From a virus (Duplodnaviria > Heunggongvirae > Uroviricota > Caudoviricetes): 51,350 nt of DNA. The notes under the pieces were generated by a model, which was not told where the DNA came from, did no database searches, and worked only from the letters and a program-made list of their open reading frames with translations. This document shows positions 8,765 to 18,060 of this stretch, piece after piece (within the stretch, counting starts at the first letter, position 1; each line of letters opens with the position of its first letter). The DNA is taken from IMG/VR virus record IMGVR_UViG_2690315831_000003; one strand, given 5' to 3'. The position numbers and the translations under genes are program-made.

Positions 8765-9481
8765 ATGGAAACCGTATTTGACGCACTGAAAGCACTGAAA
8801 AGAGCCTCTTCACAGGTAGTGGCGGCCCGCCTTGGAATCAGCCGTGAAGATGCGGTCAACGAACTGTGGAAACTGAAGCGCCGTGGTGAAGCGGATAACA
8901 AGGGGTCGATGTGGTGGCTGACTCAGGCAGGTGAAAGTGAACCAGTGTCACCGGTACCGAAAGTGACAGCGCAAATGCTGACTGAGGCGATTGAACAACA
9001 TGGCCCACAAACGGCGGATGAGCTGGCACTTATGTTCGGGATTACCTCCCGCCGGGCGAATTCATCGCTGGCCATGGCAATCAGCAAAGGGCGTCTGATT
9101 CGCGTAAATCAGGGCGGTAAATTTCGTTACTGCATACCGGGCGCTGATTTACCGGCAGAGCCGGAAGCTGCATCCGTAGCGGAAACCGATGGTAAAGCCT
9201 TTCCTCAGCCAGCAGGTGTTGCGTTACCAGTCCAGGAAACGACGACACAGGAAGAAATGAAAACAGAAATCGTGGAAGACATTGTGAAGTTACAGCCATC
9301 GGTCACCGAAACGAAAGCAGATGACCTGATTCTACCATCGCTGCATGTGGCTAACCGCGAGCTGCGCCGGGCAAAAGGTCAGGTTCAGAAGTGGGAGCGA
9401 GTCTGCGCCGCGCTGCGGGAGCTGAACAAGTGCCGGGATATTCTCCGGGATATTACCGCCACCAGAGAACAGCAGCGGTGA
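8765..9481 (+). CDS. Hypothetical protein, possibly tandem winged-helix
   Basis: ATG 8765 preceded by GGAGG; acidic central linker. Confidence 0.55.
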   Translation: METVFDALKALKRASSQVVAARLGISREDAVNELWKLKRRGEADNKGSMWWLTQAGESEPVSPVPKVTAQMLTEAIEQHGPQTADELALMFGITSRRANSSLAMAISKGRLIRVNQGGKFRYCIPGADLPAEPEAASVAETDGKAFPQPAGVALPVQETTTQEEMKTEIVEDIVKLQPSVTETKADDLILPSLHVANRELRRAKGQVQKWERVCAALRELNKCRDILRDITATREQQR

Positions 9482-9795
9482 GTGGGTGGAAGACGTGGTG
9501 CCGGGCTGAAATTCTGATACTCCGGCAGTGCGCGGGAACAATGAAGGTAAAAAGCATTGGCGCACTTATCGGACGAACTGAAGCGGCAGTGAGAACGAAG
9601 GCACGGGAGTTGGGCATCAGCATGATGTTACGTGGTGATTTTCACCCGTCGGCAAAATATTCTCAGCGTGATATTGAGCTGGCGCGGCAACTGCATCAGA
9701 GAGGCATGCAAAGAAGGGAAATTGCCAGAAAATTAGGCATGCCGCTGCGCATAGTGAATAACTACGTTTATTTCGACAGGAGGGTTCAGGCGTGA
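9478..9795 (+). CDS. Small HTH DNA-binding protein
   Basis: GTG start overlapping the upstream stop (GTGA coupling); two HTH-like segments ([14 protein letters not shown] and [12 protein letters not shown]). Confidence 0.5.
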   Translation: MSGWKTWCRAEILILRQCAGTMKVKSIGALIGRTEAAVRTKARELGISMMLRGDFHPSAKYSQRDIELARQLHQRGMQRREIARKLGMPLRIVNNYVYFDRRVQA

Positions 9796-10097
9796 GGGTG
9801 AGCATTTATATCGCCGGTCCAATGACGGGATATGAAAATTTCAACCGCGAGGCGTTTCACAGGGCGGAAGAAGCACTGAAACGGGAAGGGCATACCGTTT
9901 TAAACCCGGCAGTACTTCCGGACGGGCTGACTCAGCCGCAGTACATGGATATTTGCATGGCAATGATTCGTTGTGTGGATGCGGTTTATATGCTGAAAGG
10001 CTGGCAGCGATCGGCAGGCGCTAAGGCAGAACTGGCACTGGCGGAGAAACTGGGACATGCGGTTATTTTCCAGGAGGCAACCAGTGAGCGAAATTAA
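9792..10097 (+). CDS. DUF4406-type / nucleoside 2-deoxyribosyltransferase-like protein
   Basis: N-terminal motif VSIYIAGPMTG typical of this fold; GTG start overlapping the upstream stop. Confidence 0.55.
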   Translation: MRVSIYIAGPMTGYENFNREAFHRAEEALKREGHTVLNPAVLPDGLTQPQYMDICMAMIRCVDAVYMLKGWQRSAGAKAELALAEKLGHAVIFQEATSERN

Positions 10098-10246
10098 TTA
10101 CCAGGAGCTACGGCAGGTGAAAGAGAAAGCATAATCCAGATCTGAATAATTAAAATCAGCACTGTAAATAAAATTTAATCCTTAACCGGAGGGATTTCTG
10201 CACCCTCAGAACATCAGGAGACCGCCAGAAAGGGCGGTAATGAAAA

Positions 10247-10615
10247 ATGACTGAATTAACAAAAGAGCAATTAATCAAAGAAGCCAAATTAAAAATAGCG
10301 GTTGCGAAATGTTACCCTAATTCAGAGATGGCCAGGGTAGAGGGAGAGCTATTCAAAATTGCACTGGCATCGCTGGAGGCGGTTCCGGTGGCATGGCTGC
10401 ATTCAGACAATGGCCTGGGTATTCCAGCAATAACCAGGAGTAAAAACGTTGCTGATAGTTGGTTATCAAAGGGCTGGTATGTTCAGCCGTTATATGTAGC
10501 CCAACCTGTACCGGTGGTGCCGGATGCTCGTCCATCTTTAAATAATGGCATTGTCGGATTTGATGAAGGCTGGAATGCCTGCCGGGATGCCATGCTTAAT
10601 GGAGATAAATCATGA
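10247..10615 (+). CDS. Hypothetical nin-region protein
   Basis: 122-aa ORF with ATG start, coupled to the next ORF. Confidence 0.5.
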   Translation: MTELTKEQLIKEAKLKIAVAKCYPNSEMARVEGELFKIALASLEAVPVAWLHSDNGLGIPAITRSKNVADSWLSKGWYVQPLYVAQPVPVVPDARPSLNNGIVGFDEGWNACRDAMLNGDKS

Positions 10616-11313
10616 TTAATCGTATCAAACTGGAGCACATCCTCGAATATGCCGGGCAGCAGAGGCATATTGGTCAGCATTGTAAAATTCCACCAGGAGA
10701 TATGGTTGAAATCATGGAGATTGCCATGCGCAAGGCTGGCAACCCTCCGGTAACTCCGGGGCGTTTGCCTGGCGGTTTCACCATTGAGGAGGCGAAGGAG
10801 TTACATGAAGACCTGGTGCGCAGCCACATAAGCAAGGCTTTAAGTGGCGAAAAGATGAAGAAGAAGGATCTCGATGCTGATTTGCGCTGGATCCATGGGG
10901 TTATAGTCCAGGCCGCCTGGTTTGTAAAAGCATCACTGGAGCAGAATGTGCTAACGGGTAACTCTCAGGTAATCCCTGATGACGGTCGCGAACAGTTTGA
11001 AACACTTATCAGGTTCCATGCAGATGATAAAAACCATGAAACATTATTGCTTCGTGCTAACGAAGGGATGAATTACCGGGATCCAAATGTGGATTTGGCA
11101 TGGATATTCTGGAAATCCAGTCGAGAGCACATATTGCCTGGAAAAAGCGACAATAATCCAGCATCAGGCGATCAGGTAAGTGAATTAACAATGTGGGTGA
11201 AGCGGTTATCTCATTCCTTAAAAAGCGTTAATAAATCAAGCAAACTACCGGATAAAGCGATGGACTACCTGAAGCGAAACGGACTGATAAACGAGGAGAA
11301 TATTTTACGATGA
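10612..11313 (+). CDS. Hypothetical nin-region protein
   Basis: 233-aa ORF, start overlaps the upstream stop. Confidence 0.5.
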   Translation: MINRIKLEHILEYAGQQRHIGQHCKIPPGDMVEIMEIAMRKAGNPPVTPGRLPGGFTIEEAKELHEDLVRSHISKALSGEKMKKKDLDADLRWIHGVIVQAAWFVKASLEQNVLTGNSQVIPDDGREQFETLIRFHADDKNHETLLLRANEGMNYRDPNVDLAWIFWKSSREHILPGKSDNNPASGDQVSELTMWVKRLSHSLKSVNKSSKLPDKAMDYLKRNGLINEENILR

Positions 11314-11393
11314 CCTGGCCTGAAGCGTTCATAACGGTAGGAATTGCAATGGCGGTGGCGCTGGTGGTGTATTCGATTTGCCGCTGGGGATAA
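11310..11393 (+). CDS. Possible small hydrophobic peptide (27 aa)
   Basis: ATGA overlap with the upstream stop; GAGGAG 11 nt upstream; sequence MTWPEAFITVGIAMAVALVVYSICRWG is one predicted TM helix. Confidence 0.3.
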   Translation: MTWPEAFITVGIAMAVALVVYSICRWG

Positions 11394-11603
11394 AAACGGT
11401 TTGCGGGGAAAGAAGAGTTAAGTAGAATTGCTGCGGGTGCTTGAGGCTGTCTGCCTCGGGCATGCCGCCGTAAGGCAGACAGAGAAAAGCCCCAGTTAAC
11501 ATTACGCGTCTTGCAGGACGCTTAACATTAATCTGAGGCCCAATCTATGCTTCACAAACGTAGGTTAGCCTCTTACGTGCCGAAAGGCAAGGAGAAGCAG
11601 GCT

Positions 11604-11759
11604 ATGAAGCAGCAAAAGGCGATGTTAATCGCCCTGATCGTCATCTGTATTACCGTTGTTGTGACGGCACTGGTAACGAGGAAAGACCTCTGCGAGGTAC
11701 GAATCCGAACCGGCCAGACGGAGGTCGCTGTCTTCGTAGACTACGAATCTGAGAAGTAA
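11604..11759 (+). CDS. hokD: Hok/Gef-family type I toxin (HokD/RelF-like)
   Basis: 51-aa MKQQKAMLIALIVICITVVVTALVTRKDLCEVRIRTGQTEVAVFVDYESEK nearly matches recalled HokD/RelF; structured 5' leader with 10-bp hairpin and 3' fold-back hairpin GCGAGGGAgaaaTCCCTCGC. Confidence 0.85.
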   Translation: MKQQKAMLIALIVICITVVVTALVTRKDLCEVRIRTGQTEVAVFVDYESEK

Positions 11760-11927
11760 GAGTGACCAAGCGAGGGAGAAATCCCTCGCCACCTCTGATG
11801 TGTCAGGCATCCTCAACGCACCCGCACTTACCCCGTTTCGGCAGACTTTGTTTTTTCCTGGCATTCTGGTTTACAATTCGCACGTCAGCCTGAACAACTG
11901 GCACCTGCTGCGTCACCGGAGAACCCG

Positions 11928-12200
11928 ATGGCGCAACATATAAAATCCCACAATTCTGAAGTCGATCCGGCCATTAAGCGGGGGCGGCGTTCGCACGTAT
12001 TTAAAACTGACTGGTACCAGCATCCCCCATGCACTGAAGAACAGGCCGAATGGCTGATCCAGTGTTACCGCAGGCGCGGATATGAGTTTGAGAAAGCCCT
12101 CAGCCTCGATTATCGTCACTGGATAATCTCCGTCAGGCTCCCTTATTCCGAACGCCCACCGCGTCCGTCCCGCACATTCCAGCAGCGCATCTGGAGGTAA
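11928..12200 (+). CDS. Small protein in the Rem position
   Basis: 90-aa ORF between hok and the DUF968-like gene, mirroring recalled Qin order hokD-rem-ydfU. Confidence 0.45.
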   Translation: MAQHIKSHNSEVDPAIKRGRRSHVFKTDWYQHPPCTEEQAEWLIQCYRRRGYEFEKALSLDYRHWIISVRLPYSERPPRPSRTFQQRIWR

Positions 12201-12201
12201 C

Positions 12202-13251
12202 GTGCGGGTATTACTTCGACCTGTTCTGGTACCGGAACTCGGTCTGGTTATCGTTAAGCCAGGCCGTGAATCAATGTCAGCATTCCATAACGGCAGAATA
12301 TTGGTGGAGGCGGAACCGAAAAACATGCGCGATCTGCCGTCCGGAGTCGTTCCTGCCGTTCGCCAGCCGCTGGCAGAGGATAAAACATTACTGCCATTTT
12401 TCAGCGATGAGCGGGTTATTCGTGCAGCAGGTGGTGCAGGTGCACTGTCTGACTGGTTATTACGTCACGTGAAATCCTGCCAGTGGCCACACGGCGATTA
12501 TCATCACAGCGAAACAGTCATTCACCGTTACGGTACCGGCGCGATGGTATTGTGCTGGCACTGTGACAACCAGCTGCGCGACCAGACATCAGAATCACTC
12601 GATCAACTTGCTCAGCAGAATCTGGTTGCCTGGATGATTGACGTCATCCGTCACGCAATAAGCGGTACGCAGGAGAGGGAGTTATCGCTGGCCGAATTAT
12701 CCTGGTGGGCGGCCTGCAATCAGGTGGTGGATGCACTACCTGAGGCAGTAGCGCGTCGTTCGCTGGGATTACCGGCGGAAAAAATCCGCTCCGTATACCG
12801 TGAGAGTGACATCGTACCGGGAGAACAGACAGCCATCAGCATACTGAAGCAGCGCACAAAAAATATTGCGCTGCCACTTCACGTCCACCAGCAACAAAAT
12901 CCACCACAGAAAAAAACGGTTGTCAGTATCGCCGTTGATCCGGAGTCTCCTGAATCGTTCATGAGGCGGCCTAAACGTCGCCGTTGGGTTAATGAGAAAT
13001 ACACGCGCTGGGTAAAGACACAGCCGTGTGCGTGTTGTGGTAAGCCAGCTGACGATCCGCATCACCTGATTGGTCATGGTCAGGGGGGAGTGGGAACAAA
13101 GGCCCACGATATTTTCACGCTACCGTTGTGCCGGGAGCACCACAACGAACTTCATGCAGACCCGCTGAAGTTTGAGAAAAAGTACGGCTCTCAGATTGAG
13201 TTAATTTTTCGTTTTCTTGATCACGCCTTTGCGACTGGCGTGCTCGGGTAA
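12202..13251 (+). CDS. DUF968/YdfU-like protein with C-terminal HNH-like Cys/His motif
   Basis: 349 aa; GGAGGT before GTG; C-terminal CACCGKPADDPHHLIGHG...CREHHNELH. Confidence 0.65.
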   Translation: MRVLLRPVLVPELGLVIVKPGRESMSAFHNGRILVEAEPKNMRDLPSGVVPAVRQPLAEDKTLLPFFSDERVIRAAGGAGALSDWLLRHVKSCQWPHGDYHHSETVIHRYGTGAMVLCWHCDNQLRDQTSESLDQLAQQNLVAWMIDVIRHAISGTQERELSLAELSWWAACNQVVDALPEAVARRSLGLPAEKIRSVYRESDIVPGEQTAISILKQRTKNIALPLHVHQQQNPPQKKTVVSIAVDPESPESFMRRPKRRRWVNEKYTRWVKTQPCACCGKPADDPHHLIGHGQGGVGTKAHDIFTLPLCREHHNELHADPLKFEKKYGSQIELIFRFLDHAFATGVLG

Positions 13252-13263
13252 AAGAGGTGACTG

Positions 13264-13626
13264 ATGCTCATAGATTTGGTTTTACCTTACCCGCCGACGG
13301 TGAACACTTACTGGCGACGCCGTGGCAGCACATATTTTGTATCAAAAGCCGGGGAGCGTTATCGCCGGGCAGTGGTGCTTATTGTTCGCCAGCAGCGACT
13401 GAAATTAAGCCTGTCCGGACGGCTGGCAATAAAAATTATTGCAGAGCCGCCGGATAAGCGCCGCCGTGACCTGGACAATATTCTGAAAGCACCGCTGGAT
13501 GCGCTGACGCACGCGGGGTTGTTAATGGACGATGAGCAGTTTGATGAAATCAATATTGTACGTGGCAAGCCAGTATCTGGTGGACGGCTGGAGATAAGAA
13601 TTACAGAGGTGGGTGTGCATGAATAA
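13264..13626 (+). CDS. rusA: Holliday-junction resolvase RusA
   Basis: 120 aa; motifs PDKRRRDLDNILKAPLDAL and GGRLEIRITEVG match recalled RusA. Confidence 0.85.
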   Translation: MLIDLVLPYPPTVNTYWRRRGSTYFVSKAGERYRRAVVLIVRQQRLKLSLSGRLAIKIIAEPPDKRRRDLDNILKAPLDALTHAGLLMDDEQFDEINIVRGKPVSGGRLEIRITEVGVHE

Positions 13627-14284
13627 CCAGTATTTACAGTTTGTTCGTGAGCAACTCATGATTGCCACTGCGGATCTTAGTGGGTCGACAAAAGGCCAGC
13701 TGGAAGTCTGGCAGGAAAATGCCCTGTTCGATACAGGGCGTTACAGACGCAAAAAAATTCGTTACCGCGATGAGGTAACCGGAAAAATGATCACGCGGGA
13801 TAATCCCCCGATCCCGGGTAAACAATCACTGGCGAAAGGCTCATCAATTGCCCTGGTCAGTCCGGTTGAGTTTTCGACATCATCATGGCGACGCGCCGTT
13901 CTGTCTCTTGAAGAACATCATAAAGCCTGGCTGCTGTGGTGTTACAGCGGTAGCATTTGCTGGGAGCATCAGATCGCGATAACGCAGTGGGCGTGGACTG
14001 AATTTAATGCTCAATCCGGTACCAGAAAAATTGCAGGAAAAACTCTGGTGCGCCTGAAGACGTTGATCTGGTTGGCGGCGCAGGCGGTAAAAGCTGAGCT
14101 TTTTGGTGGGGAAGGTTACGAATACCAGGAACTGGCGTTACTGGTGGGAGTAACAACCAAAAACTGGTCCAAGACATTTACTGGTCACTGGGTTGCAATG
14201 AAACACATTTTTCATCGGCTGGATAGTGAAGCTTTATTGTTGGTGGAGGGAACACGTTCAAAACAAAAGGCGGCATTTTCATAG
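13619..14284 (+). CDS. Late-gene antiterminator, Q-like
   Basis: Follows rusA and directly precedes a strong promoter plus intrinsic terminator pair (pR'/tR' architecture); Qin-like gene order. Confidence 0.6.
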   Translation: MNNQYLQFVREQLMIATADLSGSTKGQLEVWQENALFDTGRYRRKKIRYRDEVTGKMITRDNPPIPGKQSLAKGSSIALVSPVEFSTSSWRRAVLSLEEHHKAWLLWCYSGSICWEHQIAITQWAWTEFNAQSGTRKIAGKTLVRLKTLIWLAAQAVKAELFGGEGYEYQELALLVGVTTKNWSKTFTGHWVAMKHIFHRLDSEALLLVEGTRSKQKAAFS

Positions 14285-14291
14285 CAAAGTA

Positions 14292-14320
14292 TTGCAAAAG
14301 TAGATAAAAAGGCATATATT
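14292..14320 (+). promoter_or_regulatory. Late promoter pR'-like
   Basis: TTGCAA (14292-14297), 17-nt spacer, TATATT (14315-14320), immediately downstream of the Q-like gene. Confidence 0.6.
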
Positions 14321-14371
14321 TCGTGTAAATCTGATATTTTGCCGTTATTATACGTGATGGCAAAGCCACTA

Positions 14372-14397
14372 AAACCCGTGACCGAGCGGGTTTTTTA
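14372..14397 (+). terminator. Intrinsic terminator tR'-like (Q antitermination target)
   Basis: AAACCCG-tgaccgag-CGGGTTT followed by TTTTTT, about 55 nt downstream of the -10 box. Confidence 0.65.
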
Positions 14398-14537
14398 CCC
14401 CCCAAAAAATGGCATAGACATTAAACGTGATGACGATTGTGCCAATACTTTCTCCATCAATGACGCCCCTTGACTGCATGGAATCCAATTTGTTATGTAA
14501 TGTGTGTTGATATTTTTGAGTTGTTAATGGTGTTACT

Positions 14538-15251
14538 ATGGATGACAGTGCTCTGCTCAGAAACTCTTCACTTTTTGTTGCTTATATGGGCTGTCTCGGA
14601 TGGGGGAGCGCTTATTTCTATGGATGGGGTACTTCATTTTACTATGGCTTTCCATGGTGGGTTGTCGGGGCTGGTGTCGATGATGTAGCACGAAGTTTGT
14701 TTTATGCTGTGACAGTTATTGTTATATTCCTTATTGGATGGGGAGTTGGTATTGTTTTCTTTTTGGGCATAAAACAAAAGCGCAATATACAAAATTTGAG
14801 TTTTATCCGGCTTTTTCTCGCGATATTGCTGCTTTTTATTCCACCTGTTCTGGAGTTTTCTGTAATTCATCAGCATGTTGAGCCAGATGTACTGATTTTC
14901 TGCGTTCTTGCTGCCTTTGCAATCACGCTTTTTGTCAGGTCTGGAAGAAGACTTGTTTCAGTCAAATGTTTTTCGGAAATGTCTGTTATTCGCCATCACC
15001 GAATTGAGTTCATGATGGCTGGGTTTATGATTTATTTCTGGGCATTCTCTCTTATTGCCGGTTGGTACAAACCACAGTTTAAGAGGGAATATCAGGCGGT
15101 CCACTATGAGAATGTATGGTATTACATTATTGCGCGCTATGATGATCGTCTGGTGTTATCGAAATCATACAGGAGTGGGGGTAAGAAATTCGTTATATTT
15201 AATAGCGGAAATATTAATGATTTTGAAATTAATATTGTCAGAGTACGTTAA
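14538..15251 (+). CDS. Hypothetical polytopic membrane protein (late-region cargo, low GC)
   Basis: 237-aa ORF in AT-rich DNA; aromatic-rich hydrophobic segments (FYGWGTSFYYGFPWWVVGAG and others). Confidence 0.5.
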   Translation: MDDSALLRNSSLFVAYMGCLGWGSAYFYGWGTSFYYGFPWWVVGAGVDDVARSLFYAVTVIVIFLIGWGVGIVFFLGIKQKRNIQNLSFIRLFLAILLLFIPPVLEFSVIHQHVEPDVLIFCVLAAFAITLFVRSGRRLVSVKCFSEMSVIRHHRIEFMMAGFMIYFWAFSLIAGWYKPQFKREYQAVHYENVWYYIIARYDDRLVLSKSYRSGGKKFVIFNSGNINDFEINIVRVR

Positions 15252-15424
15252 AATTTCCTGAGTAATAAAGATTTTACTGCCCGGCATTGAGCGGTTTTTT
15301 TATGCCAGAAAAATGGTGCAGTACATAAAATGTGCAGGTGGTTATTAATACCGGTCTTTCAGCTTGCTGGCTTTTTTGACAAGAGTTATTGGTGTGTCAC
15401 GTTAACCGGAAAAGGGAAAAAGAC

Positions 15425-15622
15425 ATGCTGAAACAGCAGGATATGACAGAAACCGCCAGAGCAGTTTTTAATGAATTAAGTGCCACCGAACCGGCGACAG
15501 TCGGGGAGATTGCACAGAATACGTACCTTTCACGCGAACGCTGCCAGCTAATACTGACCCAGCTTGTTATGGCGGGTCTGGCAGACTATCAGTTCGGTTG
15601 TTACAGACGCCTTCAGTCCTGA
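15425..15622 (+). CDS. Small winged-helix-like DNA-binding protein
   Basis: ATG 15425 with purine-rich RBS; ATVGEIAQNTYLSRERCQLILTQL resembles a recognition helix. Confidence 0.45.
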   Translation: MLKQQDMTETARAVFNELSATEPATVGEIAQNTYLSRERCQLILTQLVMAGLADYQFGCYRRLQS

Positions 15623-15632
15623 AGGCTTTTTT
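15604..15632 (+). terminator. Intrinsic terminator
   Basis: GCCTTCA-gtcc-TGAAGGC then TTTTTTATTT, overlapping the stop of the upstream small gene. Confidence 0.55.
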
Positions 15633-15772
15633 ATTTGTGGTAAATGGGCGGCTGGTGGGGGTTAGGGGCACTCACCAGCCATCTGCTCATGCGTCCGGAT
15701 CACAAGCAAACCTCAGGCCCACTGCTTTGCGCAAAAGCAGAATGAGCCTATCAGAGACAGGCTTAATGATCC

Positions 15773-16831
15773 ATGTTTAATACTGTAAAAATATCCAGTT
15801 GTGAGTTAATCAACGCTGACTGCCTGGAATTTATCCGGTCGTTACCCGAAAATTCTGTTGACCTGATAGTCACGGACCCGCCGTACTTTAAAGTGAAGCC
15901 TGAGGGCTGGGATAACCAGTGGAAGGGCGACGATGACTACCTGAAGTGGCTGGACCTGTGTCTGGCGCAGTTCTGGCGGGTGCTGAAACCTGCCGGAAGT
16001 CTTTACCTGTTCTGTGGCCATCGCCTGGCATCTGACATTGAAATCATGATGCGTGAACGCTTCAGTGTGCTGAACCATATTATCTGGGCAAAGCCGTCCG
16101 GACGCTGGAACGGGTGCAACAAGGAAAGCCTGCGGGCGTATTTCCCCGCCACAGAGCGCATTCTGTTCGCGGAACATTATCAGGGGCCGTATCGCCCGAA
16201 AGATGCCGGGTATGAGGCGAAGGGCAGGGCACTGAAACAGCATGTGATGGCCCCGCTGATTTCTTACTTTCGTGATGCGCGTGCTGCCCTGGGGATAACG
16301 GCAAAACAGATAGTGGATGCCACAGGAAAGAAAAACATGGTGTCGCACTGGTTCAGTGCCAGTCAGTGGCAGCTACCGAACGAAAGCGATTATCTGAAAT
16401 TACAGGCGCTGTTTGCCCGGGTGGCAGAAGAGAAGCATCAGCGGGGGGAACTGGAGAAGCCCCACCACCAGCTGCTGGAGACGTATACTTCACTGAACCG
16501 GCAGTATGCGGAACTGCAGAGTGAATATAAGCATCTGCGGCGGTATTTTGGCGTGACGGCGCAGGTGCCGTACACGGATGTGTGGACGCATAAACCGGTG
16601 CAGTACTATCCCGGGAAACATCCGTGCGAAAAACCGGCAGAAATGCTGCAGCAGATAATCAGCGCGAGCAGTCGTCCGGGTGACCTGGTTGCAGATTTTT
16701 TCATGGGGTCGGGTTCGACAGTCAAAGCCGCGATGGCGCTGGGGCGGCGTGCTACAGGCGTTGAGCTGGAGACTGAACGTTTTGAGCAGACGGTCAGGGA
16801 AGTTCAGGATTTAGTCAGTCAGAACGGATGA
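15773..16831 (+). CDS. Orphan DNA methyltransferase (N6-adenine or N4-cytosine, beta-class)
   Basis: DPPY motif near N-terminus (VTDPPYF) and FxGxG motif near C-terminus (FFMGSGST); no adjacent restriction endonuclease gene. Confidence 0.85.
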   Translation: MFNTVKISSCELINADCLEFIRSLPENSVDLIVTDPPYFKVKPEGWDNQWKGDDDYLKWLDLCLAQFWRVLKPAGSLYLFCGHRLASDIEIMMRERFSVLNHIIWAKPSGRWNGCNKESLRAYFPATERILFAEHYQGPYRPKDAGYEAKGRALKQHVMAPLISYFRDARAALGITAKQIVDATGKKNMVSHWFSASQWQLPNESDYLKLQALFARVAEEKHQRGELEKPHHQLLETYTSLNRQYAELQSEYKHLRRYFGVTAQVPYTDVWTHKPVQYYPGKHPCEKPAEMLQQIISASSRPGDLVADFFMGSGSTVKAAMALGRRATGVELETERFEQTVREVQDLVSQNG

Positions 16832-16871
16832 TATTGCAGGATTAGTTACGTACCGTTATTATCCTGCGACC

Positions 16872-16947
16872 GGCCCTTTAGCTCAGTGGTGAGAGCGAGC
16901 GACTCATAATCGCCAGGTCGCTGGTTCAAATCCAGCAAGGGCCACCA
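16872..16947 (+). tRNA. tRNA with CAU anticodon (Ile2/ileX-like or Met)
   Basis: Cloverleaf folded by hand: acceptor GGCCCTT/AAGGGCC, D-arm GCTC-AGTGGTGA-GAGC, anticodon loop CTCATAA, T-loop TTCAAAT, 3' CCA. Confidence 0.85.
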
Positions 16948-16956
16948 TATCACATA

Positions 16957-17033
16957 CCGCCATTAGCTCATCGGGATAGAGCGCCAGCCTTCGAAGCTGG
17001 CTGCGCGGGGTTCGAGTCCTCGATGGCGGTCCA
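16957..17033 (+). tRNA. tRNA-Arg (UCG anticodon)
   Basis: Acceptor CCGCCAT/ATGGCGG, anticodon stem CCAGC/GCTGG with loop CTTCGAA, T-loop TTCGAGT, 3' CCA; unusual C1-G72. Confidence 0.75.
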
Positions 17034-17311
17034 TTATCTGCATTATGCGTTGTTGGTTCTGATGAGTGAATCATTGTCTTTTGAGCAACAGGCTATCATA
17101 TAAGATAGCCTCAGACTTCCTTGTTTATTCTCGCCGGATGCTTCGTAGATATTTGCAGGCATCTGTATGCAGGGGTATTATTGCGGCATATATCATCCGG
17201 AAAAATAAAAACTACATGCTGATCCGGAGATGATAGTTACAAGTCCTCCCGGATCCCGCATATTTACTATATTTTATAGATAATTGTTCTTGTTAATATG
17301 GAGATGGATAA

Positions 17312-17740
17312 ATGTATTGCCGTGCTGTACCGGTTCTTGTTTTGATATTAGCCAGTCTGACAACTGGCTGCACAAAAGATGTATCGACAAATAATTATGA
17401 TGCTTCTCTGTATCACTCAGATAAATTAATAAAGTCGCAAAATTTGAGCTCATCGGAACGTACCCCTGATGCCAGTGAAGAAATCCGGCAGTATGCCATT
17501 CAGGTCAGGAAAGCCATAGAAGAACAGTTAAAGGATGCGAGTAAGTATTCAGGAAAAGAGTGTTCACTGAGAATGTATATGGCCCCGAATGGTCTTCTGC
17601 TACAGGTTAAAAGAGAAAGCGGTGATCCCGATTTATGTCGTGAAGCGATGAATGCAGTAAAGAATGCTGATATACCATCACCACCGTCTTCAGGAGTATA
17701 TAAAGCATTTAGAAATGGCGTGCTGGATTTTAAACTCTGA
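17312..17740 (+). CDS. Lipoprotein with TolA C-terminal (domain III)-like domain
   Basis: Signal peptide plus lipobox LTTGC; C-terminal SKYSGKECSLRMYMAPNGLLLQVKRESGDPDLCREAMNAVKNADIPSPPSSGVYKAFRNGVLDFKL parallels recalled E. coli TolA III; AT-rich context. Confidence 0.7.
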   Translation: MYCRAVPVLVLILASLTTGCTKDVSTNNYDASLYHSDKLIKSQNLSSSERTPDASEEIRQYAIQVRKAIEEQLKDASKYSGKECSLRMYMAPNGLLLQVKRESGDPDLCREAMNAVKNADIPSPPSSGVYKAFRNGVLDFKL

Positions 17741-17877
17741 CAGGGGGAGAAGATTTTCTCCTGTCCTGATGATTTTGGGGCGCTGGAAAGATATTGTGCT
17801 GTGAAGTGTTAAATCCCTCACAATTCAGTAAGTTGACAGTTGCCTGTCAGACTGAGCATTTGTTAAAAAAATTTCGC

Positions 17878-18053
17878 ATGGTGAATCCCCCTGTGCGGAG
17901 GGGCGACTGGTGAACGGTATGATCTCTTTGATGATCGTAAGCGAGAATACGCGGGTTTGGTGTCACCGGGCTGAACTCACCGGGAGGCACCCGGCACCAT
18001 GCTCATGGTGATACAGAAATGCGGCTTCAGCCCCTCTCCGGAGGGGCTTTCTT
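17878..18053 (+). ncRNA. Putative sRNA, repeat unit A
   Basis: Promoter TTGCCT (17840-17845) / TAAAAA (17864-17869); terminator GCCCCTCTCCGGAGGGGC + T-run at 18030-18052; ORFs across the unit not conserved. Confidence 0.4.
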
Positions 18054-18060
18054 ATGGACA

